64,000 nucleotides of DNA, from assembly GCA_964106915.2 (NCBI GenBank), contig OZ066917.1; one strand, written 5' to 3'. A program made the position numbers and the translations under genes. Under the pieces are notes generated by a model. The model had not been told where the DNA came from and searched no databases. It saw only the letters and a list, made by a program, of their open reading frames with translations. The DNA is from Podarcis gaigeae (lineage: Eukaryota). Below are positions 1 to 13,593 of the stretch, piece by piece; the stretch's first letter is position 1; each line of letters opens with the position of its first letter.

Positions 1-1531
1 GTAATGGTTTAAGAGCTGTATGAAGATGTCCGTGAGTTGTCACCGCTGCATATACAGGCAGCAGGTTCATTTAGGAAGCAAGGCTTTATGTAGCAAAGAA
101 TTAAACCAAAAATAATAATAGTACTTTTTTCTTAAGTTAACCCAAAAGTTATTTTTAAATATGCACACATAATATATACTTGCATGCATACAGAATTATA
201 TGAATATTGTATATGCATTCTGGGTAAATGCACCAAAAGGATCTATTCTCCAGTTCCTCAGTCTAAAGTATGAGAAGATCCCATCGGCAGGTCAGTGTGT
301 CTCCTTGTGCTTCCCAAAGGGATTACGTCTTCAATCCTATTCGTTTTGTTCTGCCCTGGCATGCTGAATGAGATCACTGGGAGGAGGAGGAGGAGGAGGC
401 ACAAGATGGAGCCCTTGCGATCTCTGTGCACTTCAGCAAGTCTCTCACTTCACCCACAGCAGTGGAAATCAGTGTGCGTTGCTCCTGTGCTCTGCATTGT
501 ATTCCTGAGCATTTGTTTGATCTTGGTCAAATATAGCAGCCATTTCTATAAAACTCCATTGATGACAGGATATGGAAACTCCGGGTGGTGGGCAAATCCA
601 CCCATTATTCCCCATAGCAGAGAAATCCGTGATTCGTTTCTGAATCCGCTTTGCTTCTCCTCTTGCACTGACACCTAATGCTAAAGCCCCAGTCGGCCTC
701 CTCATCTCAATGAGGGACAGCTGCCTTGGCCATTCATTCCCAATGAAACCTGAGTGCACAGCACAAGCACACTGCAAACTAGTCATGGGAAGGGCTTAAC
801 ATCTGTGCCGTTTTTGTTCTGCACACACACGGATTAGGTGCAATTTGCTTTCTTGCCCTATACTATAGGAAACACAATTATCCCCTTTGTTTCTGCTTCG
901 CTTGTTAGAAAGAGACTACTCCAATCTCTTTTCTCCTGTAAGCATGCTGCAAGGCTTTATGATCTCATCAACCTTACTCCACCGAGTCTTGAAAAACATA
1001 AACCGTTCTTTTATGCTTCTCAGCGTTCCAATTTATTCAGATCAAAGAGCTACAGAAGTCTCTGCGCAGTCGTAGGGTGAACCGGTGGCCATCTTGAAAG
1101 CGTAATTGAGCAACCCCCATGGCTCCAGCCAACAATTTTCTGATATTAGAAACCATACCAGACCCTGCTGAGCTTTGCGAATGTGCTAGCAGTTTTATTG
1201 CTGCGCCACATCCTATCTAAAAGTCAGGGCTTGGAATGGACCAAGATCTTGCCTAGGACTTGGGCACTGCTCTGCTTCCCCTCTGCCATTATGATCTTCT
1301 CTCATAGTGAAGACAGGAGGCGGAGGGGGCATGATGTCTGAACAACTGCCTCCTTTCCTACAGACCCCTCCAGGTGTTAAGGTCAACAGAGGGGACCCAT
1401 TTGTTAGATCCACCAGTTCCACCTCCGTCAGAAGTCCATGAAGTGGTGGCCTGGGAAAGAACATTCTCTGTGGCAGCCATTTAGTTGTGGAATTCCCTCC
1501 CCACAGAGGTGTTTGTGGCTTTTTCACTATA

Positions 1532-2065
1532 CAGTCGTACCTTGGTTCCTGAATGCCTTGGAACTCGTACATTTTGGCTCCTGAACAGTCAAAAACCGGA
1601 AGTGAGTGTTCCAGTTTTTGAACCATTTTCATAGAATCATAGAATCATAGAATCACAGAGTTGGAAGAGACCACAAGGGCCATCGAGTCCAACCCCCTGC
1701 CAAGCAGGAAACACCATCTGAGCACTCCTGACATATGGTTGTCAAGCCTCTGCTTAAAGACCTCCACCACACTCCTTGGCAGCAAATTCCACTGTCGAAC
1801 AGCTCTTACTGCCAGGAAGTTCTTCCTAATGTTTAGGTGGAATCTTCTTTCTTGTAGTTTGGATCCATTGCTCCGTGTCCGCTTCTCTGGAGCAGCAGAA
1901 AACAACCTTTTTCAGAAGCCGAAGGTCCGGCATGGCTTCCGCAGGTTCCGATTGGCTGCAGGATGCTCCTGCAGCCAATCAAAAGCCGTGCCTTGCTTTT
2001 TGAATGGTTCTGGGAGCCAAAGGGACTCCCGGAATGCATTCTGTTCGAGAACCAAGGTATGACTG
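1532..2065. mobile_element. Tigger/pogo-type MITE interrupted by a CR1 3' fragment
   Basis: TIRs CAGTCGTACCTTGGTTC / GAACCAAGGTATGACTG flanked by TA. Confidence 0.8.
1630..1906 (-). mobile_element. CR1 LINE 3' fragment
   Basis: (ATTCTATG)n tail; ORF2 C-terminal peptide [23 protein letters not shown]. Confidence 0.9.
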
Positions 2066-2412
2066 TACACCTTTCAGTGAATGCTGAAGACCAACCTCTT
2101 TACCCTGACCTTTGACACTTGAGATGCGTGCTGTCAGAACCTAACCTATTTTGTAATCTGTTTTAATTCTTGTAACTCGACTTGGGACCTGCTGGTGAAG
2201 AGCAAGTAATAAAGACTTTATTATAAAGTTGATGATAATGATGGTAAATAATGATGATGATGATGTCTTTTGAGGAAACCCAGTGCGATGGCTTTAACTA
2301 AGCAGTCAGCAGGGCAGATGGGAGAAAGGGCAACTGAGCTTCTTGTGTTCTGATTTGCTTCAGAACTTACTGCACCTTCCTCCTGCATGATCCACTCTGC
2401 TCAGGTTTACTT

Positions 2413-2580
2413 TCACACCCACACCATACATTTAAAGCACATGGCTTCCCCAAAAGAATCCTGGGAAGTACAGTTTATCCCTCACAGAGTACAGTACCTA
2501 GTGCTCTTAAACTACAATCCCCAGGTTTCTTTTTGCTACAAATGCATGTGGAATGTGCTTTCAGTGTATGGTGTGGGACT
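2413..2580. mobile_element. Palindromic squamate MITE remnant
   Basis: Ends CACACCATACATTTAAAGCACAT / ATGTGCTTTCAGTGTATGGTGTG; related degraded copy near 16860-17105. Confidence 0.5.
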
Positions 2581-2830
2581 CTAGATCCAGTGTCACATCA
2601 TACAGCTTGCTTCATCCTGTCTTAATGTTCTCTGGCTACAAATATCAAGGATCCTCAATGGGATACTTCAAGAGCTGTTCCCTGGTTTCTTTTCTTCAAA
2701 AGTGAAGAGTTGAAAGTTGCTCAGTTTAGAAGTGGGAAAGAGAGGCGGTTGGAAACATCTGCTTATCTTGCTACTGTTGAATAACTCCTCTATTTGTCTT
2801 GTTTTTGTTTCCTTCATACTTGTCCACCAG

Positions 2831-2910
2831 GGATTGGAATTGCCCTGGCAGCTGCAGTGAAGGGCTATCGCTGCATCATTGTAATGCCAGAGAAAATGAG
2901 CATGGAGAAG
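2831..2910 (+). CDS. CBSL: CBS-like coding exon ([27 protein letters not shown])
   Basis: ccaccag| acceptor, |gtgaga donor, 80 bp as in human CBS. Confidence 0.95.
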
Positions 2911-5900
2911 GTGAGAGAGGGGAGAGTTCTCCTGACTGATTTAACATAAGAGTAAGCCATGGTCAAAGTCTGTTTTGATTTGAACTGTCATAGTTTCTCC
3001 CATCCTAATGCTTCATAAAAGGAAAACTAGCCAACCCTGTGCGTTTGAGGGGCTTTGCAAGGGGGTTATCTGTTGATCCTTAGCGCCTCACAGAACATAG
3101 TGAAGCCACTGCCGGATGAGAGTATCACCATAACAGATAAATTGAAATTATTAGATGTAAAAAGCTGCCATGTACTATGTCAAAGGTTGTAATTCAAATG
3201 CCAGTTATGCTAGAGTGCAGGAGGAATCGCAGTCATGGGTTTCCTTGAGCTCCAGGGCAAACAGATGGCTCAAGAGTTTATTTTCATGCTGGGCAGTAGC
3301 TTCATGTGTTGCACATCTCCATGATGCACACACAACTGCCCCCAATGTGGAAGTCAATGGGAAAGCAAGTGGCGCCCTCGTGGAGCTGGGAGATGAGGCC
3401 CCGTGATTTCTTATGGTGTAGATTATGCTGAATTTCTCAGTGTAATTTCAATGATGTTGTAGCAGAACTGTGTGGCCGTTCCTTTGCATGTGTAGAATTG
3501 AACTCCTTGTTTGAAATGAATGGAACAGTCTCCACAAAGAAGAGCTTTGTGAGCATGTTGGGATGCATTTGGGACCTTGGATCTGAGTAATTATCTTCAG
3601 GGAAACTCATGCTGCAGTCCCATTCACATTTTCTGAAAATCAGTCCCACGGAAGATGGTGCATACATTGTACTTCTACATGCATAAGTACAGGGACTACA
3701 TTGTCACTGTGAACCAGCATCAATCTTGGTACTCTGCCTTGTGGTGGCTACAGTTAAACCAGCATTGGTATGGGGGAGTAATATGTTGCTGCTTTTAATT
3801 CACTATTTTTTAAAAACTTGCTTGCCTGACCTTTGAGATGGACTGAAATTTAAATTTAAAACCCTTAAATATGCATTGTATATGTTGTGTATTTCTTTTT
3901 TCTTGTGAAAGACTTGGAGGCTGGAAATCTGGAGCTTACGTACCTTTCGCCCCTCCAGGTGGATATCCTGAGAGCCCTCGGGGCTGAGATTGTAAGAACT
4001 CCCTGCACGAGATATGACGCCCCAGAGTCAAATGTCCGTGTTGCTTGGAAACTGAAGAATGAAATCCCAAACTCACATATTTTGGATCAAGTAATATATT
4101 TCTTATTGAAGTGCTTTGACTGAATTACTTGATTTAAAAAAACAACAACTTCTACCCATCTAATTTGTTGATACTAGCCTGTGATTCAAAAATATGTGAT
4201 TTCTAATGCGTACCTCTTTTTAAAAAAATTCACAGCTTCTTAGTAAACATAGTTCAGGCATTTGGCTGTAGGAGTAAAACAAAGAAGTTCACAACCTATT
4301 GATACACTCATCCATTTTTGCTTTTTCTCTAACTCTGATCTTGCTAAGCTTGGCGGGGGGTGGGAACTAAACTGTTCATTCTAGGCATCATTCCTTCTGT
4401 TTCCAGTGTTAAGGTTGTTATTGCTCAACTTGAATGGAGAGAGTTCAGGATGAGGAAGAGCTACAGAGCAGCTGGTCTCTCAGCTGATCTGATAAGGGCT
4501 CTGCTGCCACTCTCTGTCTCTCTCTGTGCTGCAGCCAAAATGATCTCATGCGCTGCTTGTGAACTTCCCAGAGGCATCTTGCAGACCATTTTGTTCTGAT
4601 CTAGCAAGGCATTTCTTTCCGAGAGACTTCATGGTTATTATCTGTCTGCTTTCTCTACAGTGCTGCATTTGACTCCATCCATTTGACAGTAACTTTCCCT
4701 TTTTTCTTTTCCCTTTACGACAATAGTACAGAAATCCAAGCAACCCGCTGGCGCACTATGACACCACAGCTGAGGAGATTCTGGAGCAATGTGACGGTAT
4801 AATTAATAATTATTTTAGGGATAATCATGCTGCTCAGCTTACATTGTTTTACAGAAATGTCTTAAGATATGGTCATGGATATAACTACCGTTGCCTGTTC
4901 TCACTATTGAATTGCACTTCTCCTGATTTGTAGGAGAATGAAAACCATGGGTGATATCCGATGAAGTTTTATACAGCGCACACCCATTGAAATGAATGAA
5001 CATGACTAATAGAGACCCATTAGTTTCAATGAGACTCCTCTGTGTGCAAAATTAGTTGAGGTGCAGATTCCTAGCTTGTGGTTATTGCCTTTTACAGTGA
5101 AATGTATTAGGGCCGCAATCAAATATATGCTTAAGACTCAATGGATTTGCTTACAATTATCTAACCCTGATAGTTTATTAATTCCACAATTCCACAAGCA
5201 GGGGTGACAACTTGAATAAGATATGGGGGGAGGCAGGTAAGTCCTCGCCGTATAATTGACCACAAGACACGGCACACACACCCTTTGAATGGCAATGTCC
5301 ATCAACTTGAGGGGGGGCGGCGGCGGCCCCTTCAAGTATTTTAGTGTGGGGTTGAAGGGACCTTGCCCTCTAGGAGTTAGCTCCTATGTCCACAAGTAAT
5401 TCAGTAAGTACCAGTAGTGGGCAGCATGGTGGGGCATTGGCACTGACCTGACTTGCTGACAGTTGAATCACCACTGCTTATTTGGAGGTAGAGAAGCAAA
5501 AGGAAGAAGGAGGTGGATGTGTTGCAAATTTACCAGCAGGGACAACCCATTGCTTCTAATAATGCATTTAAATGGTGCCAACTTCCCCACTGCCTCTCCT
5601 CTTTCCCTCCTGGTAAGCAGTAGCAGCAGTGACTCACTCACCGGAAAGTCATGTAAGTGTTGCCATCCCAACATGCAGTGGTAATTGCACAAACGTAAAA
5701 GGAAACAGTTCCTAAAAGTTCCTAGTTAAGAGTTCCCACAATTTCATGCAGCTGTTGGCTTACTGTATCACACAGTAAAAACGTAAAGTACGAAGGGCAG
5801 CTCCATTTCCTCAAGCCTGCACTGCAAAAACACAACAGGAAGTTGTAGCCAATGAACAACAGTTTATCTTAATTAAAGCTTAATCCTAAATGCTTGTGTT

Positions 5901-6013
5901 TTATTTTGCCGTGGATACTGTTCTTATTGTCAGTGGACCATTAATTAAGGTTGCATAGGAGCAGAGCTATGCATTTTGGAGCTTGGGGAAAGGTATGCTG
6001 TCTGATTGATTGA

Positions 6014-6057
<44 letters not shown>

Positions 6058-9000
6058 CTCCCACTGCAGGCAAAGTTGATATGTTTGTGGCTGGAGCTGG
6101 AACAGGAGGCAGCATCTCTGGAATTGCCAGAAAGTTGAAAGAGAAATGTCCTGAATGCAAAGTAAGTGAAAAGGCTTGTTTGGCTTCGCTCAGACATCCA
6201 GCCCCATGGGAACATCATTCATGCCACCAGGGCCTGGGGAGGCGGTCCAACACAAGCCAACTTTTTGCTTCAGCAAGGAGATTGTACGGACATCCATTTG
6301 ATTCCCCAAGTGTGCCAGACTCTTTCTGCTCCTGAAGAAGTTGTGAATACCAGATGCACACAGCTAAATTCTTATGCGCAGTCACCATGCTCTCACACCG
6401 TAGCATTTACATGTGCCCCTGAAACCTAAGCCTCATCCTGACCAGGCAAGTGCAGTTTCCCATTTGCTTGACGGTTCCAAGGGCGGGATACTCATTTTTG
6501 TGTGAAGTTGTTGGTTGCTCCTTTAAATATTTTTTAATTAATTTGTTAATTTTCCTTCACAGATTGTTGGAGTGGATCCTGATGGTTCCATTGTGGCCCT
6601 GCCCAGCTCACTGAACACAATATCAGCAGAGGATACCACAATGGAGGTGGAAGGGATTGGACATGACTTTATCCCAACTGTCCTTGACAGATCTGTAAGT
6701 GGCAGCGTGACGAAGATCAGGAGATAGAGAGATGTCACTTGACTCTGAATGAAAACTTTCAGAATCACATGAAGTGCATTAAAAGTTGCTAAGGGTGGTT
6801 GATTCATTGACTATGTACATGGCAGCTGCTTAAGACAAGGCCATTTCCCACAGCTGCATTTCAAGTCACATTTGCACATTGCTGTTCACTCTAGCCCTGC
6901 AGATGTTTTGAGACTACAATTCCCATCATCCTGGACCCCTGGTCCTGTTAGCTAGGGATGATGGGAATTGTAGTTCCAAAACATCTGGAGGGCCGGAGTT
7001 TGCCTATGCCTGCACTAGAGTCTTCCCCATGCCGGCACCCTCTATTCATGAAGTTGTCATCCACTCATGGGCTGTCATCTGTATATGAGCAACAGCTGTC
7101 TAAAATGTACACATTTCAGCTTAACTGTGAAGTGAATGTAGCTTACATTTTCAAATTAAAAGGAAGTTGATTCGAGAAAAAGCACATCAAAGTGCAGTAT
7201 TTCTCAAGAAATTGCAGGATAGATACGGATTCTGGCTAATTTCATGTGCAAATGGCTTCCAATACTAGCAGTGGAAGCCCACTGGAACCAGAGTTGAATG
7301 GTAGCAATGTCCACGGCCCTAGTACTCATTATCATCCAGCAAAAGCCATAGGAGAGACTCTGCTGCAGCATCTCATATAACCTTTAATCATAAATTGAAG
7401 GGAAATGGCCTGAAATTGATTAAAACAGCAGTGTACTAACACTGCAACCAGACGGTGATGATAGGCAACATTGCGGTGCTTTTTAAAAGCTGTCTGATCC
7501 TGTCCACGTTTACTCAGAAGTAAATTTCACTGGCTTTGATGGGACTTAATCTCAAGTATGTGCATTGGATTGCAGCCTAGCTGAAAATGCTTTGAGCTGA
7601 AAATGCTTTGAGGCATACTTCTGAAAATATTTTTGTCCCGCTGATAACAAACATTTTCCAGGGCTGCAAGTGAGACTGTATTTGTATATCCTACCTTATC
7701 TTTGAAAAGTTTAGGAAAGTTAAAAACAGGTATAGCTAAGCTTACTGAAAGGGAAAAAAATGATCCTCTTTGAAACTGCCCTCAACTCTGAAGAATCTGT
7801 TGGATCTCTGCCATTACGTGTAGCAGAAGTGCAGGACCCAAAGGCCCCTGAAATCTTAAAACTCCATATTTTGTTTCTTTTCTAGGTGATAGATCAATGG
7901 TGCAAGAGCAATGACAAGGAATCATTTCTTATGGCACGAAGACTGATTAGAGAGGAGGGCTTGCTCTGTGGTAAGCATTGCTGAAGATCCATTGTTTAAA
8001 TCATACCCTTCGCAAATGGCAAATGACTTCTTGGAAAGCATTGTTCAGAGTCTGAGCATAAAGGTTACCCAAGGAACCAATTAATAGTCTGATTTAAGGG
8101 CCCTTTCACACAATCCTTATTTTCATGCCGTAAGTATACAGTTGCTAATCATTTACTTGTGTAGAATCCACGTCTTTCCTTGAAGTAGTGTTGTGCAGAT
8201 ATTGTATTTTGAGCACTCAGAACTCTGTGTGCAAAAGCAACATAACCACCCTCTGTCTGTCTCTCCAACACACATGTCCAGTGCTTTTTTTCTTAAAAAA
8301 ATGTTTAGGGGTACTCTCATTTTTACTCAAGAAAATCACCATTTTATAGTTCAAATCAGGAAAAATAAATACAGTAAATGGACAAAAATACAAAGATTCA
8401 CAAAATATTTAGGGGTATGCATACCCCTGCGTCCCCGTCCCCCCCCAGAAAAAGCACTGCGCATATCTGTTGCTATGCCTTCTGAGCACAGCATGGAATC
8501 TGGTTGCATGGAAGGTCAAAGGTCTCTGTTGAATAGTACATGGGGCATCTTTACTACTGAGTTGCCACGCACCTCCCCCACACCATGCAATTTTTGTGGT
8601 AGTTTAAAATGCTCTGCTTTATTTTCTGTTATTTTTGTTGTTGCCATTTTAAAAGCTAAGCTAGATTAGGGGTGAGCAGAAGGCAGATCAGGATCTGCTG
8701 CAATGCCTTCAGACGTGCATTTGTTGAACAATCGGAACAACAATGATCGGGCTCTCTCAACACACACCCTTGCCCAGTATTTTGCAATCTATGGGCCACG
8801 GTGCCGCTGGACGAAGGTGTACTTTTTGGGCACGGAATGGGGTGAAGTGGATTTTGTGTGACACTATTGAACTCATCTCTGGTGCCGAAAACAGAAGGGG
8901 ACCCAGTTCCTTAATTCTTGGTGTATGATCTCCACCTCTGCCTCCCCCACCTATCCCCCCCCCCAACTCCAGTTGGTGAATCTTGGGGTTCAAATAAAAA

Positions 9001-12000
9001 AAACAACAACAGAGTAGATTCTGCAAGTTTGGTATCTGCTCACCTCTCATTTATACCTCTGTAGAAGTAGCTATACACAACTTAGAACTCTACTGTCTAA
9101 GAAAGACATTTATCCTTGATTTTTTTTTAAAAAAATGCAACAACAACACTGAACACTAGCAAGGCTGCGTTCTTGCATCAATGCCCCACCGTTGGCTCAG
9201 GAGGGCACCAAGTGGGAGATGGCTGTATCTAAATCATTGTTTAATTGTTGCTCATTGAGTAGTAATCTCTTTTTTTCCTGTGGCAGGGGGCAGCGCAGGC
9301 AGTGCCATGTCTGTGGCTGTGAAAGCTGCAAAGCATCTGAAAGAGGGCCAGCGCTGTGTTGTCCTCCTGCCTGACTCTGTAAGGAACTACATGTAAGAGA
9401 CAATGCCTTCTTTCATTTCTGCTCTCCTGTCTACAGAAGCCCATGGGTTGAAAACACTCAGACGTATGTGAGAGGAAGGATCTGTGAGGAAAGCAAAAGA
9501 ATGTGAGCTTGTTGCTCTCGTACCACATTAACAGCAGTGCGGAAACTGTCAACAAAGAAGCAGGAAGCGAGTTTTATGAGGGACTAATTCTGTTGATACC
9601 AGATACTTGTAAATCGCTAGACATAAAATTACTTTCAGTTCAGTGATGTGGAGGGGAATGAAAAAAGACAACTCCTGTTATTGTTACATTATCGCATGGA
9701 TAGTGTTATGAAAGTTTTATAGCTCTCAGCGGAAGAAACAGAAGTCTTGCAAGTCATATCACCTGTTACGGATTTTAGTATATGGTTCACACCCAGCCCA
9801 AGTTTTTCTAGAATGACTCTTGGGACCTTTGCACACTTATCATTTCTAGTGGTCTAGTTGTGTATGTGTGCGGATTGTTTTTGGCATGCTGCCACATGAC
9901 GCTGGCATCATTCAACTTGTATTCCAGCATAATGAACTCCAAAAACCCGCTTTTCCTTCTACCACAAAAACCATGACATTTGTGAAAGATTCAGAATAGA
10001 TACTCAGTATTTTCATTGGTGTGTTGTTTGTACAAGCATAGTCCCTGTTTCTGTGTGGAGGGATTGTGAGTTGGTGGGTATGGTTTGGGGGACATCTATT
10101 TTGTACCACATTCCTCTGACCTGTGGAAGATATCAGTTTGAAAACTCAGTTCAGAGGAAAGATATAGGCAGCTAGAGGCTATGGTACTGAGTCAAAGTAC
10201 TGCCAATGACAGCATGCATTATAAGATGCAGACAAAACTTCATCACAATATCCAGGTCTGCCATAGCTCTGGCAGGCATGCAGTTCCTCTTTTAATATCC
10301 TATAATCCGACAAGATTAGAATTCTGGAATGCTAGGCACTTTGTACACACAGAAAAAGCTGCAAAAGGAATACCCTCATGCGGAGGCTCATAACTCTGAC
10401 GTTTATTGGCTGGAGGACCATAAGGGGTGTGACTAAGGCCACAGAACATTTCTCCATTGGGGCACAACCTGCCATTCATGTGGGAAGGAAAACCCACACT
10501 CACTCTATAATAACAGCGACAGGTGACCAAAGCTGCAGGCAAATGCCTACAAATTCACTCTTAAAAATGGCAGATCAAACAGCAACTATGTCACTATTAA
10601 TGGCAAGTGCGGAAAGTCCCTTAATGTTCAACTCAGGGCTACTTAAAGACATTCTATGAGTACCTGAAGGTTAGGCTAGTCCTGTAATGGAAGCTTGGAT
10701 GAAACATCAAAGTCTGACACAAGGTCTCGGTCTTTCTTAATTATCTCTAGGTCTAAATTTTTGAATGACAAATGGATGGTCAAGAATGGATTTCTAAAAG
10801 AAGATGTGGAAGAGCATCATCCTTGGTATGGCTCAGAGTCACTACACTTGTTAATTTTGCCTGACATAAAGTAAAAGTAATCTGAATGGCGGGGCAGGAG
10901 AAAGCAAAGACTGTTTGTTTGTACCAGTGATAAAAAGATGCCTTAATGCTTTCACTTTTTGTTGATGAAATCCAGATGCGCTCAGGAGGAGTGCATCTAA
11001 ACTGATCTTCTGGTTGAAGCAGGTGTGTGTGAGTGGTGGGATCACAGACTGCAACTAATCCTTTTTGATCCATCATGATTTGCATGACACGCTCTGTCTA
11101 ATTCTCTTCTGTGCTTTGCCATGCAGCATGCACAAGGACAGGTGTATTATGAAACATAAGGATAGTCGGGCTGGCAAATATTTTTGTCCCAGTGTTACAT
11201 CCTTGTAGATGGGACCATGTTGGAAAACGTCGGGCCTGGCTCCAGATTCTGGAGGCGCTGGACACAGTATTCCTCTCCAGTGCCCTAGTGCCTGCCATGT
11301 GAGCCCCCACAGGCATTGTGGTACCTGCCAGCCTCTCCCTTGTGTTCATTTGTGGGCGTACGTGGCGGTGGCACTGTAATAAGCCGGGAGCAGAGCTGCT
11401 GCCCAAGTAAGTGAGTCCATTTCTGAGCATCAAGGGTGATGCAGTAATGGGCTAGGAGCCAAGAGATTGTACTAAGTGAGTTAGTGTGTATGTAAGCAGA
11501 AGGAGGGAGACTGGGGTGGTGGATAAAAGCTAGGCATCAGTCCCAGTGAGCCCTGCCAGTGGGACCTGGCAAATGCCCCACTATGCCAGGTACTGGGCCT
11601 GGAAAATATAGGAATCAGTCCTAGATAGTTTGCTGAGCTGCAAAGCATTTCCTTAAGTCCTTTCAAAATTTTTGTGTGTGTGTGTATAATACACTGAGCA
11701 GACTGCTGCGGTTTAACACCACTTGCTGTCCTTCCTGTCCCCCCCCCCCCTTGTGATAGGTGGTGGACTATCAAGGTGCAGAAGCTAAGCCTCTTAGCCC
11801 CTCTGACTCTCCTCCCAGATGTGAACTGTCAAAAGGCCATTGAAATCCTTCGTGAGAAGGCATATGACCAGGCACCAGTTGTTGCAGAATCAGGGTAAGT
11901 CTCTTATTCGCTGAAGCCTCATTCTAACAGTCTTCAGGAGAATTCCACAATTCTCACTGTATAAAGCACTAATGAGAAACAGCCTATCACTGACATACTT

Positions 12001-13548
12001 ACTGAAATCTTTAAAGAAATACTTGGCGTAATATGGGCCTTAGCTAATCTATTGCAAGGACAGTGCCTACGCATGAAGGATTCCTGTAGGCTTAGCAGCA
12101 GGCATTGCTGCTTTGTACTTTGGCAAGGAGACAAAGCATCAAACTCCTCCTCTGTCTGCGCCACCCTCCCCACACAGCTGGCATAGGGAATCCCCAATCA
12201 AGAGCTATGTCACATCCGCTTTGGTTCTTATAGTCAAAGGACCTAGAACTCTCATTGGTGGTGTGCTATTGAAAAGCTTCCTTTGAGAGTTTGTGACTTT
12301 TGGAGCATTTTCAAAGAGCCCAGTTACGTTAAGTATTGGCCTGCCACCAGTGAGGCTGAATAGAAGGGGCATTGGTACTGGTCTAATTCTAAAAGTGGCA
12401 GCCTTGCATGCCACTGAGTGAACTCCCCACCCCACCTATCTTGTTCTGTGTCTTCTCTGTATATGCATGAACTGCTGGAGCTCTCATCTCTGTGTTGTGA
12501 AAATTCAACTGCATTCATTTTGCTTTTTTTAAAAAACCAAACAACTGTGTGTTTTCTTGAAGACTCATCTTGGGAATGGTAACTCTGAGCAACATCCTCT
12601 CCTCCGTCCTGGCAGGAACTGCCCAGTTCTCAGACCCAGTGATGAAGGTCATGTATCAGCAGTTTTCCAAGGTAATGTATGCCCAGTACCTGTTTTGGAG
12701 TTGCTGCCTAGGGCAAAGGATGAGGATCAGAGATACATGAAATAAGAGCGAATGCTGAGGTAGAAAGGACCCCAAGGATCATCTAGAGCAACCCCCTGCA
12801 ATACAGGAATCTTTTGCCCAACATGGTGCTTGAACCCATGACCCTGAGATTAAGAGTCCCATGCTCTACCAACTAAGCTAAGGAGGCTGATTTCAAAACA
12901 CTGGAGATGCCAGGGAGTGAACCCGGGATAGGTAGGTTCAAGTAGGTTGTCGTCTTGAGATCTTGCCTCATTTAAGATGGTTCTGTTGCTACAGCACTAT
13001 AGGACAGGAATAGGGATCTGGTGACCTTTTGGATGTTTCTAGACTACAGCTATCATCCCTGACCATTGGCTATGCTGGCTGGGGCTGGTGGGAGTTGGAG
13101 TCCATCCACATCTGGAGAACCACGGGCTCCCCAGCCTTCCATAGAGGAAGTAACATAGAAGCAGGATCCTTCATGCCAAGACACTGCTGGAACATCTTTT
13201 CTTCCCCAAGAAAACTGAGGTGGGGTGGAGGTCATCTAAGCACAACCTCAGAGGGAACAAGGTGTACTTGACATGGAATGTCCATCTCATACCTTACATC
13301 TTCCATGTGGTTCCAGCAGTATGTCACTACTTTATGTGGGACTTTATGTAAACTGGGCCCTAGATGTCTAGTAACAATTTGATTCACTTTATGTTTGGGA
13401 CTTTATTACAGATTAGCCTGGATGATACCCTTGGAAAGCTTTCACACATCCTGGAAAATGATCATTTTGCTATTGTTGTGCATGAGCTGGAACAATGTAA
13501 GTAGCTTTTCTAGTAAAAATAATAAAATGGCATATTACTTATTGTGTG

Positions 13549-13593
<45 letters not shown>

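Noticed and set aside
1-2830. Upstream CBS-family exons (heme motif, GSVKDR, PTSGNT)
   Set aside because: Not found in any frame I could read; the region appears intronic and those exons must lie before the window.
12800-12880. Functional tRNA-Lys gene
   Set aside because: Acceptor stem is incomplete, several stem positions are mutated, and it is fused to a CR1-like tail; it is a SINE.
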